Origin: Heterodontus francisci
Taxonomy: Eukaryota
Assembly (NCBI RefSeq): GCF_036365525.1
Contig: NC_090407.1
Location: forward strand, 24,766,084 to 24,830,083
Direction: 5' to 3'
Length of the DNA stretch: 64,000 nt
This document shows, piece by piece, positions 25,835 through 37,165 of this stretch; the stretch's first letter is position 1; each line of letters begins with the position of its first letter. A program made the position numbers and the translations under genes. The notes beneath the pieces are model-generated. The model was given only the letters and a program-made list of their open reading frames with translations, made no database searches and had not been told where the DNA came from.

Positions 25835-28470
25835 ACCAACTATTGTGTAATGAGAGGGGAATAATTGACAATCTAGTGGTGCGAGATCCCTTGGGGACGA
25901 GACCATAATATGATAGAATTCTTCATCAAGATGGAGATTGATGTAGTTGATCCTGAGATAAGGGTCCTGAATCTTAGTAAAGGAAACTAACAAGATGAGG
26001 CGCGAGTTGGCCATGACGGATTGTAAAACGTTACTTAAAGGGATGACGGTGGATAGGCAATGGCAAACATTTAAAGAGCGCATGGATGAACTGCAACAAT
26101 TGTTTATTCCTGTCTGGCGCAAAAGTAAAATGGGAAAGGTAGCCAAACCATGGCTTACAAGGGAAATTAGAGATAGCATTAGATCCAAGGAAGAGGCATA
26201 TAAATTTGCCAGGAAAAACAACAGACCTGAGGATTGGGAGCAGTTTAGAATTCAGCAAAGGAGGACCAAGAGATTGATTAAGAAGGGGAAAATAGAGTAC
26301 GAGAGCAAGCTTGTAGGGAACATAAAAACTGACTGTAAAAGTTTTTATAGGTACGTGAAGAGAAAAAGATTGGTGAAGACAAATGTAGGTCCCTTACAGT
26401 CAGAAACAGGGGAATTTATTGTGGGGAATAAAGAAATGGCTGACCAATGAAATGCATACTTTGGTTCTGTCTTCACAAAGGAGGACACAAATATATCAGA
26501 AATGTTGGGGAACCCAGGGCTTAGTGAGAGAGAGGAACGGAAAGAAATCAGAATTAGTAGAGAAATGGTGTTGGGGAAATTGATGGGATTGAAGGCCAAT
26601 AAATCCCCAGGGCCTGATGGTATGCATCCCAGAGTACTCAAGGAAGTGGCCCTAGAAATAGTCGATGCTTTGGTGGTCATCTTCCAAGATTCTATAGACT
26701 CTGGAACAGTTTCTACAGATTGGAGGGTAGCTAATGTAACCCCACTATTTAAAAAGGGAAGTGGAGAGAAAGCAGGGAATTATAGACCAGTCAGCCTGAC
26801 GTCAGTAGTGGGGAAAATTCTAGAGTCCATTATCAAAGATTCTATAGCAGAGAACTGTGGTAGAATGGGGCAGAGTCAGCATGGATTTACGAAAGGGAAA
26901 TCATGCTTTTTTAAAAATTCATTCATGGGATGTGGGCGTCGCTGGGCAGGCCAGCATTTATTGCCCATCCCTAATTGCCCTTGAGAAGGTGGCAGTGAGC
27001 TGCCAACTAAGTGGCTTGCTAGGCCATTTCAGAGGGCAATCGACAAGGTTTTCATGACCATTATGGCCATAATTCCAGATTTTTTTTTTTATTAATTGAA
27101 TTCAAATTCCACCTTCTGCTGTGGTGGGATTTGAACCCATGTCCCCAGAGCAATACCTGGGTCTCTGGGTTACTAGTCCAGCGACAATACCACTATGCCA
27201 CCACCTCCCCTGCTTGACAAATCTATTAGAATTCTTCAAGGATGTAATTAGTAGAGTTGATGAGGGGGAGCCAGCGGATGCGGTTTATTTGGACTTTCAA
27301 AAGGCTATCGACAAAGTCCCACATAAGAGATTAGCGTGTAAAATTAAAGCGCATGGGATTGGGGGTAGTGTATTGCGATGGATAGAAAATTGGCTGGCGG
27401 ACAGGAAACAAAGAGTAGGGATAAATGGGTCTTTTTCCGAATGGCAGACAGTGACTCGTGGGGTACCGCAGGGATCGGTGCTAGGACCCCAGCTATTCAC
27501 AATATATATTAATGATTTAGATGAGGGAACTAAATGCAATATCTCCAAATTTGCAGATGACACAAAACTGGGTGGGAGGGTGAGTTGCGAGGAGGATGCA
27601 GAGAGGCTTCAGGATGATTTGGACAAGTTCAGTGAGTGGGTTAATGCATGGCAGATGCAGTATAATGTGGATAATTGGGAGGTTATCCACTTTGGTAGCA
27701 AAAACAGGAAGACAGATTATCTGAACGGCTATAAACTGAGAGAGGGGAATATGCAGCGAGACCTGGGTGCTCTCGTACACCAGTCGCTGAAGGTAAGCAT
27801 GCAGGTGCAACACGTGGTAAAAATGGTAAATGGTATGTTGGCCTTCATAGCGAAAGGATTCGAGTACAGGAGCAGGGATGTCTTGCTGCAATTATACAGG
27901 GCCTTGGAGAGGCCACACCTGGAATATTGTGTGCAGTTTTGGTCTCCTTATCTGAGGAAGGATGTTCTTGCTATAGAGGGAGTGCAGCGAAGGTTTACCA
28001 GACTGATTCCTGGGATGGTGGGACTGACATATGAGGAGGGATTGAGTCGGTTAGGATTATATTCGCTAGAGTTCAGAAGAGTGAGGGGGGATCTCATAGA
28101 AACCTATGAGATTCTAACAGGATTTGACAGGGTAGATGTAGGAAGGATGTTCCTGATGGTGGGGGAGTCCAGAAGCAGGGATCAAAGTCTAAGGATACGG
28201 GGTAAACCTTTCAGGACTGAGATGAGGAGAAATTTCTTCACCCAGAGAGTGGTGAGCCTGTGGAATTTGCTACCGCAGAAAGCAGTTTGAGGCCAAAACA
28301 TTGTATGTTTTCAAGAAGGAGTTAGATATAGCTCTAGGGTCTAAAGGGATCAAAGGGTATGGGGCGAAAGCAGGAACAGGTTACTGAGTTGGATGATCAG
28401 CCACGGTCATAATGAATGGTGGAGCAGGCTCGAAGGGCTGAATGGCCTACTCCTGCTCCTATTTTCTAAG
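25835..28470 (+). mobile_element. 5'-truncated CR1 (HER1-like) LINE in an SLC66A1 intron, antisense to the gene
   Basis: ORFs 25995-28290: KSPGPDGMHPRVLKE, NYRPVSLTSVVGK, QHGF, YLDFQKA.DKVPH, GVPQGSVLGP, FADDTKL; tail GGCTCGAAGGGCTGAATGGCCTACTCCTGCTCCTAT. Confidence 0.93.
26909..27210 (-). mobile_element. tRNA-headed SINE / internally deleted derivative of the 325-3615 LINE, nested in CR1
   Basis: The reverse complement matches LINE 325-494, then ~609-642, then 3521-3615. It is flanked by TGCTT at 26904-26908 and 27211-27215. Confidence 0.9.
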
Positions 28471-28474
28471 TTTT

Positions 28475-28760
28475 TAACCATACTTAATTGCCTGAGAAGG
28501 TGGGTAACCTTCTTCTTGTACCATTGCAGAGGTTTGATACAACTGAGTGGCTTGCTAGGCCATTTCAGAGGGCTGTTAAGAGTCAACCTTGTTGGTGTAG
28601 GGCTGGTGTCATACAGGTCAGACCAGCTAGCAACAGCAGATTCCTAAAGGACATTCATGAGCAGCTGGGTCTTTACAACAATCCAACAGTTTCACAGTCA
28701 CTTTTACTGACACCAGCTTTTCATTTTCCAGTTCTTTAAACTGAGTTATGTGATCTCAGA
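28475..28760 (-). mobile_element. Older SINE of the same core/tail family (tail half at ~25760-25825), split by the CR1
   Basis: TAATTGCCTGAGAAGGTGG...CAACTGAGTGGCTTGCTAGGCCATTTCAGAGGGC is the reverse complement of the LINE core 609-642 and tail. Confidence 0.7.
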
Positions 28761-29319
28761 ACCCTGTATTTACAAACAGAAAAAAAAAGAGCAAGGGCTT
28801 CTGATTGCTATCCAGTCCATCCAAGCGAACAACTGAGTGGGGAGCAGAGCCAGGCACAATTATGATGTTGCCCAGGGTTGAATACCCTGTCTGATGCATA
28901 CTATCTAAGGTCCCACGTGAAAAAATGAACACTTTGGTCAGATGCTGGTGATCATTTGATAACTGTGGAACTCACACTCCAGAGTGAGGGTTTTCAGGAA
29001 GTTACAGAAGATTTTCAAAGGGTAAATAACACATTCACAGGTCGGCAATGAGGCTTTTTGGTTGAAATAATGGGGAAAACCGGCAGTACAAGTGAACTGA
29101 GACTTACAATTCATATTGATGCAAGTTAAAGTTCACTTTATTTCCTCATTCTGGTTAGTCACGACTTTGCTAAATTACCCAATGCTGCTCAGTCAGTGAT
29201 TTGTATTTCTCTATTTTATCTTCAAACGTGTAGAATGAGTCAGATATATTCACGGTGCTGTAGAACCACAATCAATAGATCCCCATTTCAGCACAGCACA
29301 ACCATTTATGACAATATGG

Positions 29320-29680
29320 CAAAAGTAGAAGGTGATTTAGTCAAAGTTTGAGATATTAAGGGGACTGACAGGGTAGAGAGAGAGAGAACTGGGGAGTCTA
29401 GAACCAGGAGGACATAGCCTAAAGCTTTAGAGCCAGGCCTTTCAAAAGTGAAGTTAGGAAACACTTAAACACACCAAGAGCAGTAGAAGTTTGGAACGCT
29501 CTTAAGCGAACAGCAAGTTGGCAATTATTAATTTTAAATCTGATTAATAGATATTTGTTAACCAAAGATATTAAGGGACAGGTATATGGAGTTAAGTTGC
29601 AGATCAGCATGATCTCAGTGAATGGCGGAACAGACTCAAGAGGCTAATTGAATTGGCCTACTCCTGTTCCTACATTCCTA
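29320..29680 (+). mobile_element. Old CR1-type 3' end
   Basis: GACAGGGTAGAG...AGAGCCAGGCCTTTC...GGCCTACTCCTGTTCCTA. Confidence 0.6.
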
Positions 29681-30337
29681 TAAAAGTAGAATGTTAACAC
29701 ATACTCATTTATCTCAATCCATTACTCTAAGTAAGTACCAGGTCAAACAGAAAAGGAAGATCTCAGGTTGATTGGCAGTCTTTGCTGAGTTAATAGATCT
29801 CAGCCAAAGCGACATGAAGAGTCTACAATTGGCCTCAGGATACTAGGGTGAAAGTCAGCTAACTCAAAGAAGGGGAGAAAAGTGGATTTCAGAAAACACC
29901 AGCAATTAAGAACATGAATGAGGGCTGATTGCTCAGCAAGTTTAGCTCAGCCGCTGAGACATAAAGACCAGTGAGATCCTAAATTCAATCGCCAGGCTGC
30001 CACGTACGGAATTGGAACCAGCAAGGAGTCTGCACCTTCAGATGAGAAGGGCAAAAAAAAAAGTTTAAAAAGCAGCTCAAAATATGTGCATGTGCTGTCA
30101 GGTTGATCTCATGTTATCCCAGGCGACGTTCAAACAAGAGGTGTAAAAGCAGAAAATCACAGGTCTTCTGTTCGTATTCATGGACAGAGACCTGTCAAAA
30201 CCAGATCAGAGCATTTTGAATGGAAGGTGACATTGAAAATACAAATATAAATATATTTTTCAGTGGTCGAAGGAACCTGAACGTTTAGGGGTGGACTGAA
30301 TATGAACGGCAATAGGAGCCCAGTAAATTGTACTTAC

Positions 30338-30498
30338 GGGAAAGCAGATACCATGAAAAAGACGATGGAGAATAACCCCAGAGCAACACTTGCTATGTCC
30401 CTGTTGTGTTCGGTGCACTCTTGCAGAATATTCCAAACGAACTGGGAGCCGTTCGGACAATCGTTAGTAAAATTTCGCGTGAAATGCTCAGCCATCAT
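30338..30498 (-). CDS. SLC66A1: SLC66A1 first coding exon (lysosomal cationic amino acid transporter)
   Basis: ATG preceded by an in-frame TGA; MMAEHFTRNFTNDCPNGSQFVWNILQECTEHNRDIASVALGLFSIVFFMVSAFP; gtaag donor. Probable upstream acceptor (polypyrimidine + tag) at 30572-30574. Confidence 0.93.
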
Positions 30499-31136
30499 TC
30501 AGGTTACAGTTATAATTGTCGTGTTATAGTTAGATTAGAAGACAGCTTCGGCAGCAAGAGCCCGGTCAACACTAGGGAAGAACAGAAACGGAGTCAGCAA
30601 GAAACAGAGCAAATGCAACATTGAAGAAACCAACACATCAACGCCATGGTTGGCAGCAGTCCAGCCTCTGCTGTGTCGTGAGCGGTTCTTTGGTGAAGGG
30701 ACAGAATGAAAAACAAACAAACCCTTTAATGTCAGCCAACTTTCTAAAAAGTTAAATAACGCCCGACTTGCGTTGAATTAACAAGGAGATGGCAGCATCC
30801 AGGAAATGCAGATTTTCAGGTCGCTACACATAGCAGCGACCTGTCTTTTCTGTCAGTTAATGGGTTGGCTTTGTACTGAGCTATTTTGATAATAGTTCAG
30901 TAATAATTACATTTGATCAGCGTTGTATTTTACCGGCTTTCTGAATCGCCCAAGGGGAGTCTGAATGAGATTCGATCCTCCAATCTAGTAGAGAAAAAAA
31001 TACAGACTCTCGCAGGCCAAACCAACTGGATATACAATCTGATAGCCCTCGCTATCACTGAGAATCCCCCCACCCATTAAATCAGCAGGTCCCAGAATAA
31101 AGTTAAGAAACGCTTTAAAGTTTAGAAGTTCTTTAC

Positions 31137-31260
31137 CACTCCTGCGATCGTCAGCTTTGACATCATCTCCAGACGGAACCCAGGGTCACATGACAAGTCA
31201 GGTGACAGCACCGGTCACGAGCGAGAACGCCCCGTCTGTGACATCACTGAGCGAGTGAAT
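31137..31260 (-). promoter_or_regulatory. SLC66A1: Putative SLC66A1 promoter / non-coding exon 1 with CLEAR/M-box-like cluster
   Basis: CpG-enriched; GTCACATGAC 31185-31194, GTCAGGTGAC 31197-31206, GTCACGAG 31214-31221; minus-strand donor GTG|gtaaag at 31136. Confidence 0.6.
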
Positions 31261-31583
31261 TAGCGTGAGTTCCAGGGTCATTCATTTATGTGCTCATCGG
31301 TAGTGCGGGATTCATTCATTGTGGTGCTGGCTTTATTTCTTTAAATGGGGTTTCAATTCGTATTATTATAGAGGGTCCGAGGATACTAGTGAAAGCCAGC
31401 ACATCCCCCGCCAAAAGTTACCACTTCAGTAATGCCCTGGTGGAAGGCTTTTAACACGTGAAAACCAGCGGTTGCAACGGATTTGAACTTTAACATTCAA
31501 GCATACTTCCAACATTCCTTCGCCTGTTTTGGAGGGGAAAGCCTAAATACATCAATTCAAATCATGAAAACATACTTCTGGAG

Positions 31584-32498
31584 CCGGGTTGTCCAACCTT
31601 TTCATGTAGGGGGCCACATTACAATTGTCTTACATAGGGGGTCAATGAGACAATTTCGAAAAGATAAAGACATTAAAAATTTATCTTACTATTAATTAAA
31701 ACAACAAATGTGCATTTGTGTGAAGATGCTTTAATGAGAAGATTAATTTATTGACTTACTTTCTCGTCACTACGTTCGACACTGATTCAGTGAGATACCT
31801 GGCATTTTTTTGTTTGCAGAAGTTGTCAATGTTTGCCCGCACACTTGTGGCGATGCGGAGTATTCCGAATAGATGTCCATCTGTGAGGAGTGATCTTGAT
31901 CACTCTCTTTCCCTCTTTGTCTCTCCCTGTGCCCCCCACCCCGTGTCATCCTCATTCTCTGTTCCTCTCTCTCTTGATCCCCCTTTCTCTCTGTATCCTC
32001 CCCATTCCTCTGTCTGCCCTCTGTCACCCCCTCTTTCCGGCCCTCCCTCTCTCTCTCTGTCTCTGACATTAGCAGAGATTGGGAACGCTCAGCAGAGTAG
32101 CTTTGTGGTTGGTCAGTTTTTTTTTAAATCGCATGTCAGTTTCATAGCTGACAGGTGTTGGGAGTGTGAACAGCAGTTTCCCAACTTCAGACAGATCCAG
32201 ACTTTTCTGGCAGGTTCTGATTTTTTTCTTAAAAGCCCACCAGAAAACCCCAAATCTGTCCAAAATTGGGAAACTGCTGTTCCCGCTCCCAGCGCCTGTC
32301 AGCTGTGAAATTGACTTGCAATTTTTTTTAAAGCCGGTGTGGAAGAAGAGGCCAATGAGAAATTTCTCATCTCTGAAATTACCAGTCACGGACCTCTGGC
32401 AAGGACGAGGAACGGCCTGGTAGTTTATATCCGCGGGCCGGATGGAAACCTTTGGTGTGACAGATCCTAGCCCGCAGGCCATATGTTAGACAACCCTG
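31584..32498. mobile_element. hAT/Charlie-type non-autonomous DNA transposon
   Basis: TIRs CCGGGTTGTCCAAC and GTTAGACAACCCTG; imperfect 8-bp TSD TTCTGGAG / TTCTAGGA resembling the NTCTAGAN target. Confidence 0.75.
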
Positions 32499-32839
32499 TT
32501 CTAGGAGGTCTGGGTGTATGCTTCCCCCAGTTTTAAACCAGATAGTCAAATTTTCAGATGGGCTGCCCATCATTTTGAAACCAATCAATAATGCTGTTTT
32601 GGGAAGCCTGAAGGGAGTGAGTGAGGAGAAGGGTTTCAGGGGGAAAACACCTCAAATACATACACAGTGCACAAAAGACAAAGTCAATTTTAAGTCAATT
32701 TTCATGTTATTTCTGTGCCAGAAATTAAATTTGCAAACAGATTTAAATTATTTCGCACTGTACATCACAAAACACTTTTCATCAGTGCTCTGCCTCCATC
32801 CCTGATCATTGCAAGCTGGTAAATGGTAACTATCATATC

Positions 32840-33264
32840 GGCCTCCCATCTTTAGGTCTCTTTGGTAGTACTCTCACTTCTCCATTTATGCTTGTGGATT
32901 CAAACACAATCCAGGGCTTGAAAACATAAGCTTAGGCTGTCACGCCAGTGCAGTACCAATGGAATTATGTATTGTTGGAGGTGCAGTCCTTCAAATTAGA
33001 CATTAAACTGAGATTCTGTCTACCTGTTCTGGTGATTTAGATGGACATTAAAGAACCCATGGACCAATTTAAAGAGTAGATAAGTTTTTCAGATGTCCTG
33101 GACAGAGTTCCTCCCTTGATCAACATTACCAAAAACAAATTAACTGGCTATTCATCTCATTGCTATCTGTGGGACAGATAGCTTCTACATAATCACAGTC
33201 ACTGTACTTCAATGGAATTCTTTCTGTGTAAACTGATTTGGGACATTTCTGAAAGCTATCATAA
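32840..33264 (+). mobile_element. DeuSINE-like (SacSINE1/AmnSINE-related) remnant
   Basis: AGGCTGTCACGCCAGTGCAGTAC...TGTTGGAGGTGCAGTCCTTCAAATTAGACATTAAACTGAG; a similar copy lies at ~59790-59900. Family recalled from memory. Confidence 0.55.
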
Positions 33265-33354
33265 GAAACTGTCAAGCATCCAATCTCTCCCTCAAAGAGG
33301 GGGGAATGGGAAACTGTCAAGCATCCAATCTCTCCCTCAAAGAGGGGGGAATGG
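33265..33354. repeat. Perfect 45-bp tandem duplication
   Basis: GAAACTGTCAAGCATCCAATCTCTCCCTCAAAGAGGGGGGAATGG x2. Confidence 0.9.
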
Positions 33355-33639
33355 GAAACCAGGAAGGTAAGTAAGGAGAACAACAGACCAGGAGGATTAG
33401 AAAAAGGAACAGAAGACTGGGGAGAAAATGGGAGACCAAGAGCCTAAAAGAGAAGCTGGAAACTGGGAGGTTGTAAGGAGGCTGGAGGCTGGGAGTCTGA
33501 GAGAAGGGAATGTAACTCTGGCCTGAGCGAAGGGAATAACCTAAGTGGTACTGATTCCAGAACACACAGGAACTGTGGGACCAGTCCAAAAGCAGGTAAG
33601 TGTATTCTCAAAATGAGCTATAGTAACATTCACTCTCCA

Positions 33640-34940
33640 CTAATTGGAGTCATATCTAGTACAAAGGAAAATGCTTGTAGTTGTTGTAGGCAAAACATCG
33701 AAGCCCCAGTACATTTTTGCAGGAGTTCCTCAGGGTAGCGGCTTAGGCCCAACCATCTTCAGCTACTTCACAAATGACCTTCCTTCCGTCATTAAGTCAG
33801 AAGTGGAAATATTCACTGATGATTGCGTTCTGTTCAGTACCATTCACGACTCCTGAGATACTGAAGCAGTCCAGATCCACATGCAGCAAGACCTGGACAA
33901 TAATTATGCTTGGACTGATAAGTGGCATGAAACATTCGCACGTCACAAGTGCCAGACAATGACCATCTCCAACAAAAGAGAATCTAACCATCTCCCCTTG
34001 ACATTCAATGGCATTAGCATCACTGAATTTCCCACTATCAACATCCTGGGGGTTACCATTGACCGGAAGCTTAACTGGACCAGCCATATAAATACCGTGG
34101 CTACAAGAGCAGGTCAGAGGCTGGGAGTTCTGCAGAATGTAACTCACCTCCTGACTCCCCAAAGCCTGTCCCACCATCTGCAAAGCACAAGTCAGGAGTG
34201 TGATGGAATATTCTCCACTTGCCTGGATGAGTGCAGCTCCAACAGCACTCAAGAAGCTTGATACCATCCAGGATAAAGCAGCCTGCTTGATCGGCACCCC
34301 ATCCACCACCAATGCACAGTGGCAGCAGTGTGTACCATAGTTCACTAGGCTAATTTCTGGGATGAAGAGATTGTCTTATAAGGAAAGGTTGGGCCTATAC
34401 TCATTGGAGTTTAGAAGAATGTAAGATAATCTTATTAAAACATGCAAGATTCTGAGGGGGATTGACAGGGTAGATGCTGAGAAGATGTTTCCCCTCATGG
34501 GGGAATCTAGAACTAGGGGGTGCAGTTTCAAAATAATGGGTTTCCTTTTTAAGATGGAGATGAGGAGGAATTTCTTCTCTCAGAGGGTTATTAGCCTTTG
34601 GAATTCTCTTCCCCAGAGAGCAGTGGAGTCTGGGTCATTGAATATATTCAAGGCTGAGTTAGATTTTTGATCTACAATAGAGTCAAAGGTTATGGGGGCC
34701 GACAGGAAAGTGAAGTTAAAGCCACAGTCAGATCAGCCATGATCTTATTGAATGGCAGAGTAGGCTCAAGGGGCCGAAAGGCCTACTTCTCCTATTTCTT
34801 ATGTTCATATACATATACACTACAGCAACTCGCCAAGCCTTCTTCGACAGCACTTGCAAACCCACAACCTCTACCACCTAGAAGGACACGAACAGCAGAC
34901 ACATTGGAACATCACCACCTGCAAGTTCCCCTCCAAGTCA
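33640..34940 (+). mobile_element. 5'-truncated older copy of the 325-3615 LINE family, interrupted by a CR1 3' end (~34340-34810)
   Basis: GVPQGSGLGPTIFSYFTNDLPS, FTDDC, ISNKRESNHLPLTFN. Resumes CTTGCAAACCCACAACCTCTACCACCTAGAAGGAC...CAAGTTCCCCTCCAAGTCACA. Confidence 0.85.
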
Positions 34941-35659
34941 CAGGTTACGTAATTTCAGTGCAGAGAGAAATAGAGTTAACTTTTCAGGTCAATGATCTCT
35001 CATCAGAACCAGAACAAGTTAAGAGATTTAACAGTTTAGAAGCAAGTACAGAGTTGGGAAAAGATTGGGGGTGGGTGCTGCAGGGGTAGAGTGGAAAAGA
35101 GGGGAAGAGGAAATGTAGAACTGCATTAAACAAAAGGGAAGGGCTGTGAAAGGGTGGAGTGGCAAAAGGGATGATTGGACCATAAAGAAACAAAAGATGG
35201 GTCCAGAGGAGGTGTAAAGCAAAGGAATGTTAGGTAGATTGAAATCTTATGTTATCAGTTTTGTGTAACTACTTATTTCACTTGTGTAGGCTTGTATCTG
35301 GGATGTTCTTGAGGTGTAGGCTTTTTGGGAATTCTGTTCACTATTTTACCAGCTGTTGGTCCTCTTTTTCTAAGTTGACCTGTCAAATTTTGTGTCACTG
35401 CTTATTTTCACTTGCTAGAGGTTTGCATGAGGAAATGTTCTTGAGTTGTTTTTCAAGCTGTTGGTGGCCCTTTCCCCCAATTTTCTAGGCTGGGCCTACA
35501 CGTGAAAGCCCCTGGCAACAAGATATTACCTTGGTACAGGATGAAGCTGTTTCCATGTTCTTTTTGGTTGTGCTTGGGGGCGAGATACTGCTAAAAATAA
35601 AGCTGCCATTTGTTTGGTTGGCGCTTCAGGCTCTGAACCAGCCTTGTGCTATTTATTAT

Positions 35660-35789
35660 TAGTGTTGCCGTGGTAACGGCGCTTGTTTGAGCTCATACTT
35701 GTCGAGTCCGGCGCTCCTCCGCGGCTCAAACTCCACCTCTTCACGATGCTGAAGGTCACGACGGAGGCCTAAATCTTTCGCCTGCAAAA
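35660..35789 (+). promoter_or_regulatory. PINK1: Putative PINK1 promoter/5' leader (CpG island edge)
   Basis: X-box-like GTTGCCGTGGTAAC 35664-35677; ERRE-like TGAAGGTCA 35750-35758; CpG-rich into exon 1. Confidence 0.55.
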
Positions 35790-36101
35790 ATGTCGGTGCG
35801 ACGGTTCCTGGCCCGCGGCCTGAAGCTCGGCCGCTCGGCTTTGCGCCTCTTCACCCCCGCGGCCAGAAACAGGGGAAGCGCGGCGTTTGTGCGGTCCTGG
35901 GCCCAGCAACCGCTCTGGGCTGAGCTACCTGCCCGTTACCGCTACTTCCGCCTGTCTGTGGGTGGCCTGGCGGCCCAGCTGCGGCGCCGGGCGCTCCGCG
36001 GGCCCGGCGGGGCTTTGCTGGCCTTCGGCCTAGGCCTGGGCTTCATCGAGCAGCAGGTGGAAGAGGTGAGGCGGAGCACTGCCGCCTGCCAGGAGATCCA
36101 G
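35790..36101 (+). CDS. PINK1: PINK1 exon 1 (mitochondrial targeting sequence, TM segment)
   Basis: MSVRRFLARGLKLGR...RYFRLSVGGLAAQL...LLAFGLGLGFIEQQ...ACQEIQ|gtaaaa; 312 nt. Confidence 0.95.
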
Positions 36102-36109
36102 GTAAAAAT

Positions 36110-37165
36110 ATACAAAGAACAACACAGGAACAGGCCATTCAGCCCTCCAAGCCTGCGCCAATCTTGATGCCTGCCGAAACTAACACCTTCTGCACTTCCG
36201 GGGCCCCATGTCCCTCTATTCCCTTCCTATTCGTGTATTTGTCAAGATGTCTCTTAAACGTCGCTATCGTATCTGCTTCCACCACCTCCCCCGGCAGCAA
36301 GTTCCAGGCACTCACCACCCTCTGTGTAAAAAAAACTTGCCTTGCACATCCCCTCTAAACTTTGCCCCTCGCACCTTAAACCTATGTCCCCTAGTAACTG
36401 ACTCTTCCACCCTGGGGAAGAGCTTCTGACTATCCACTCTGTCCATGCCGCTCATAACTTTGTAAACCTCTATCATGTCGCCCCTCCACCTCCGTCGTTC
36501 CAGTGAAAACAATCCGAGTTTTTCCAACCTCTCCTCATAGCTAATGCCCTCCAGACCAGGCAACATCCTGGTAAACCTCCTCTGTACCCACTCCAAAGCC
36601 TCCACGTCCTTCTGGTAGTGTGGCGACCAGAATTGCACGCAATATTCTCAGTGTGGCCTAACTAAGGTTCTGTACATTTGCAACATGATTTGCCAATTTT
36701 TATACTCTATGCCCCGACCGATGAAGGCAAGCATGCCGTATGCCTTCTTGACTACCTTATCCACCTGCGTTGCCACTTTCAGTGACCTGTGGACCTCTAC
36801 GCCCAGATCTCTCTGCCTGTCAATACTCCTAAGGGTTCTGCCACCTCCCACCTGCATTAGACCTTCCAAAATGCATTACCTCACATTTGTCCGGATTAAA
36901 CTCCATCTGCCATATTTCCGCCCGAGTCTCCAACCGATCTATATCCTGCTGTATCCTCTGACAATCCTCATCATTATCCGCAACTCCACCTACCTTTGTG
37001 TCGTCCGCAAACTTACTAATCAGACCAGCTACATTTTCCTCCAAATCATTTATATATACTACAAACAGCAAAGGTCCCAGCACTGATCCCTGCGGAACAC
37101 CAGTAGTCACATCCCTCCATTCAGAAAAACACCCATCCACTGATACCCTCTGTCTTCTATGATGT
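36110..37165 (-). mobile_element. 5'-truncated CR1 (HER1-like) LINE in PINK1 intron 1
   Basis: GVPQGSVLGPLLFVVYINDL, FADDTKV, QFWSPHYQKDVEALEWVQRRFTRMLPG; 3' tail next to the exon 1 donor. Confidence 0.9.

Noticed and set aside
30535-30647. Cys-rich uORF (MALMCWFLQCCICSVSC*) with strong Kozak and a signal-peptide-like ORF upstream of SLC66A1
   Set aside because: Both start in what looks like the branch point/polypyrimidine tract of the acceptor at 30572-30574. They are probably intronic, and the hydrophobicity reflects T/C richness.
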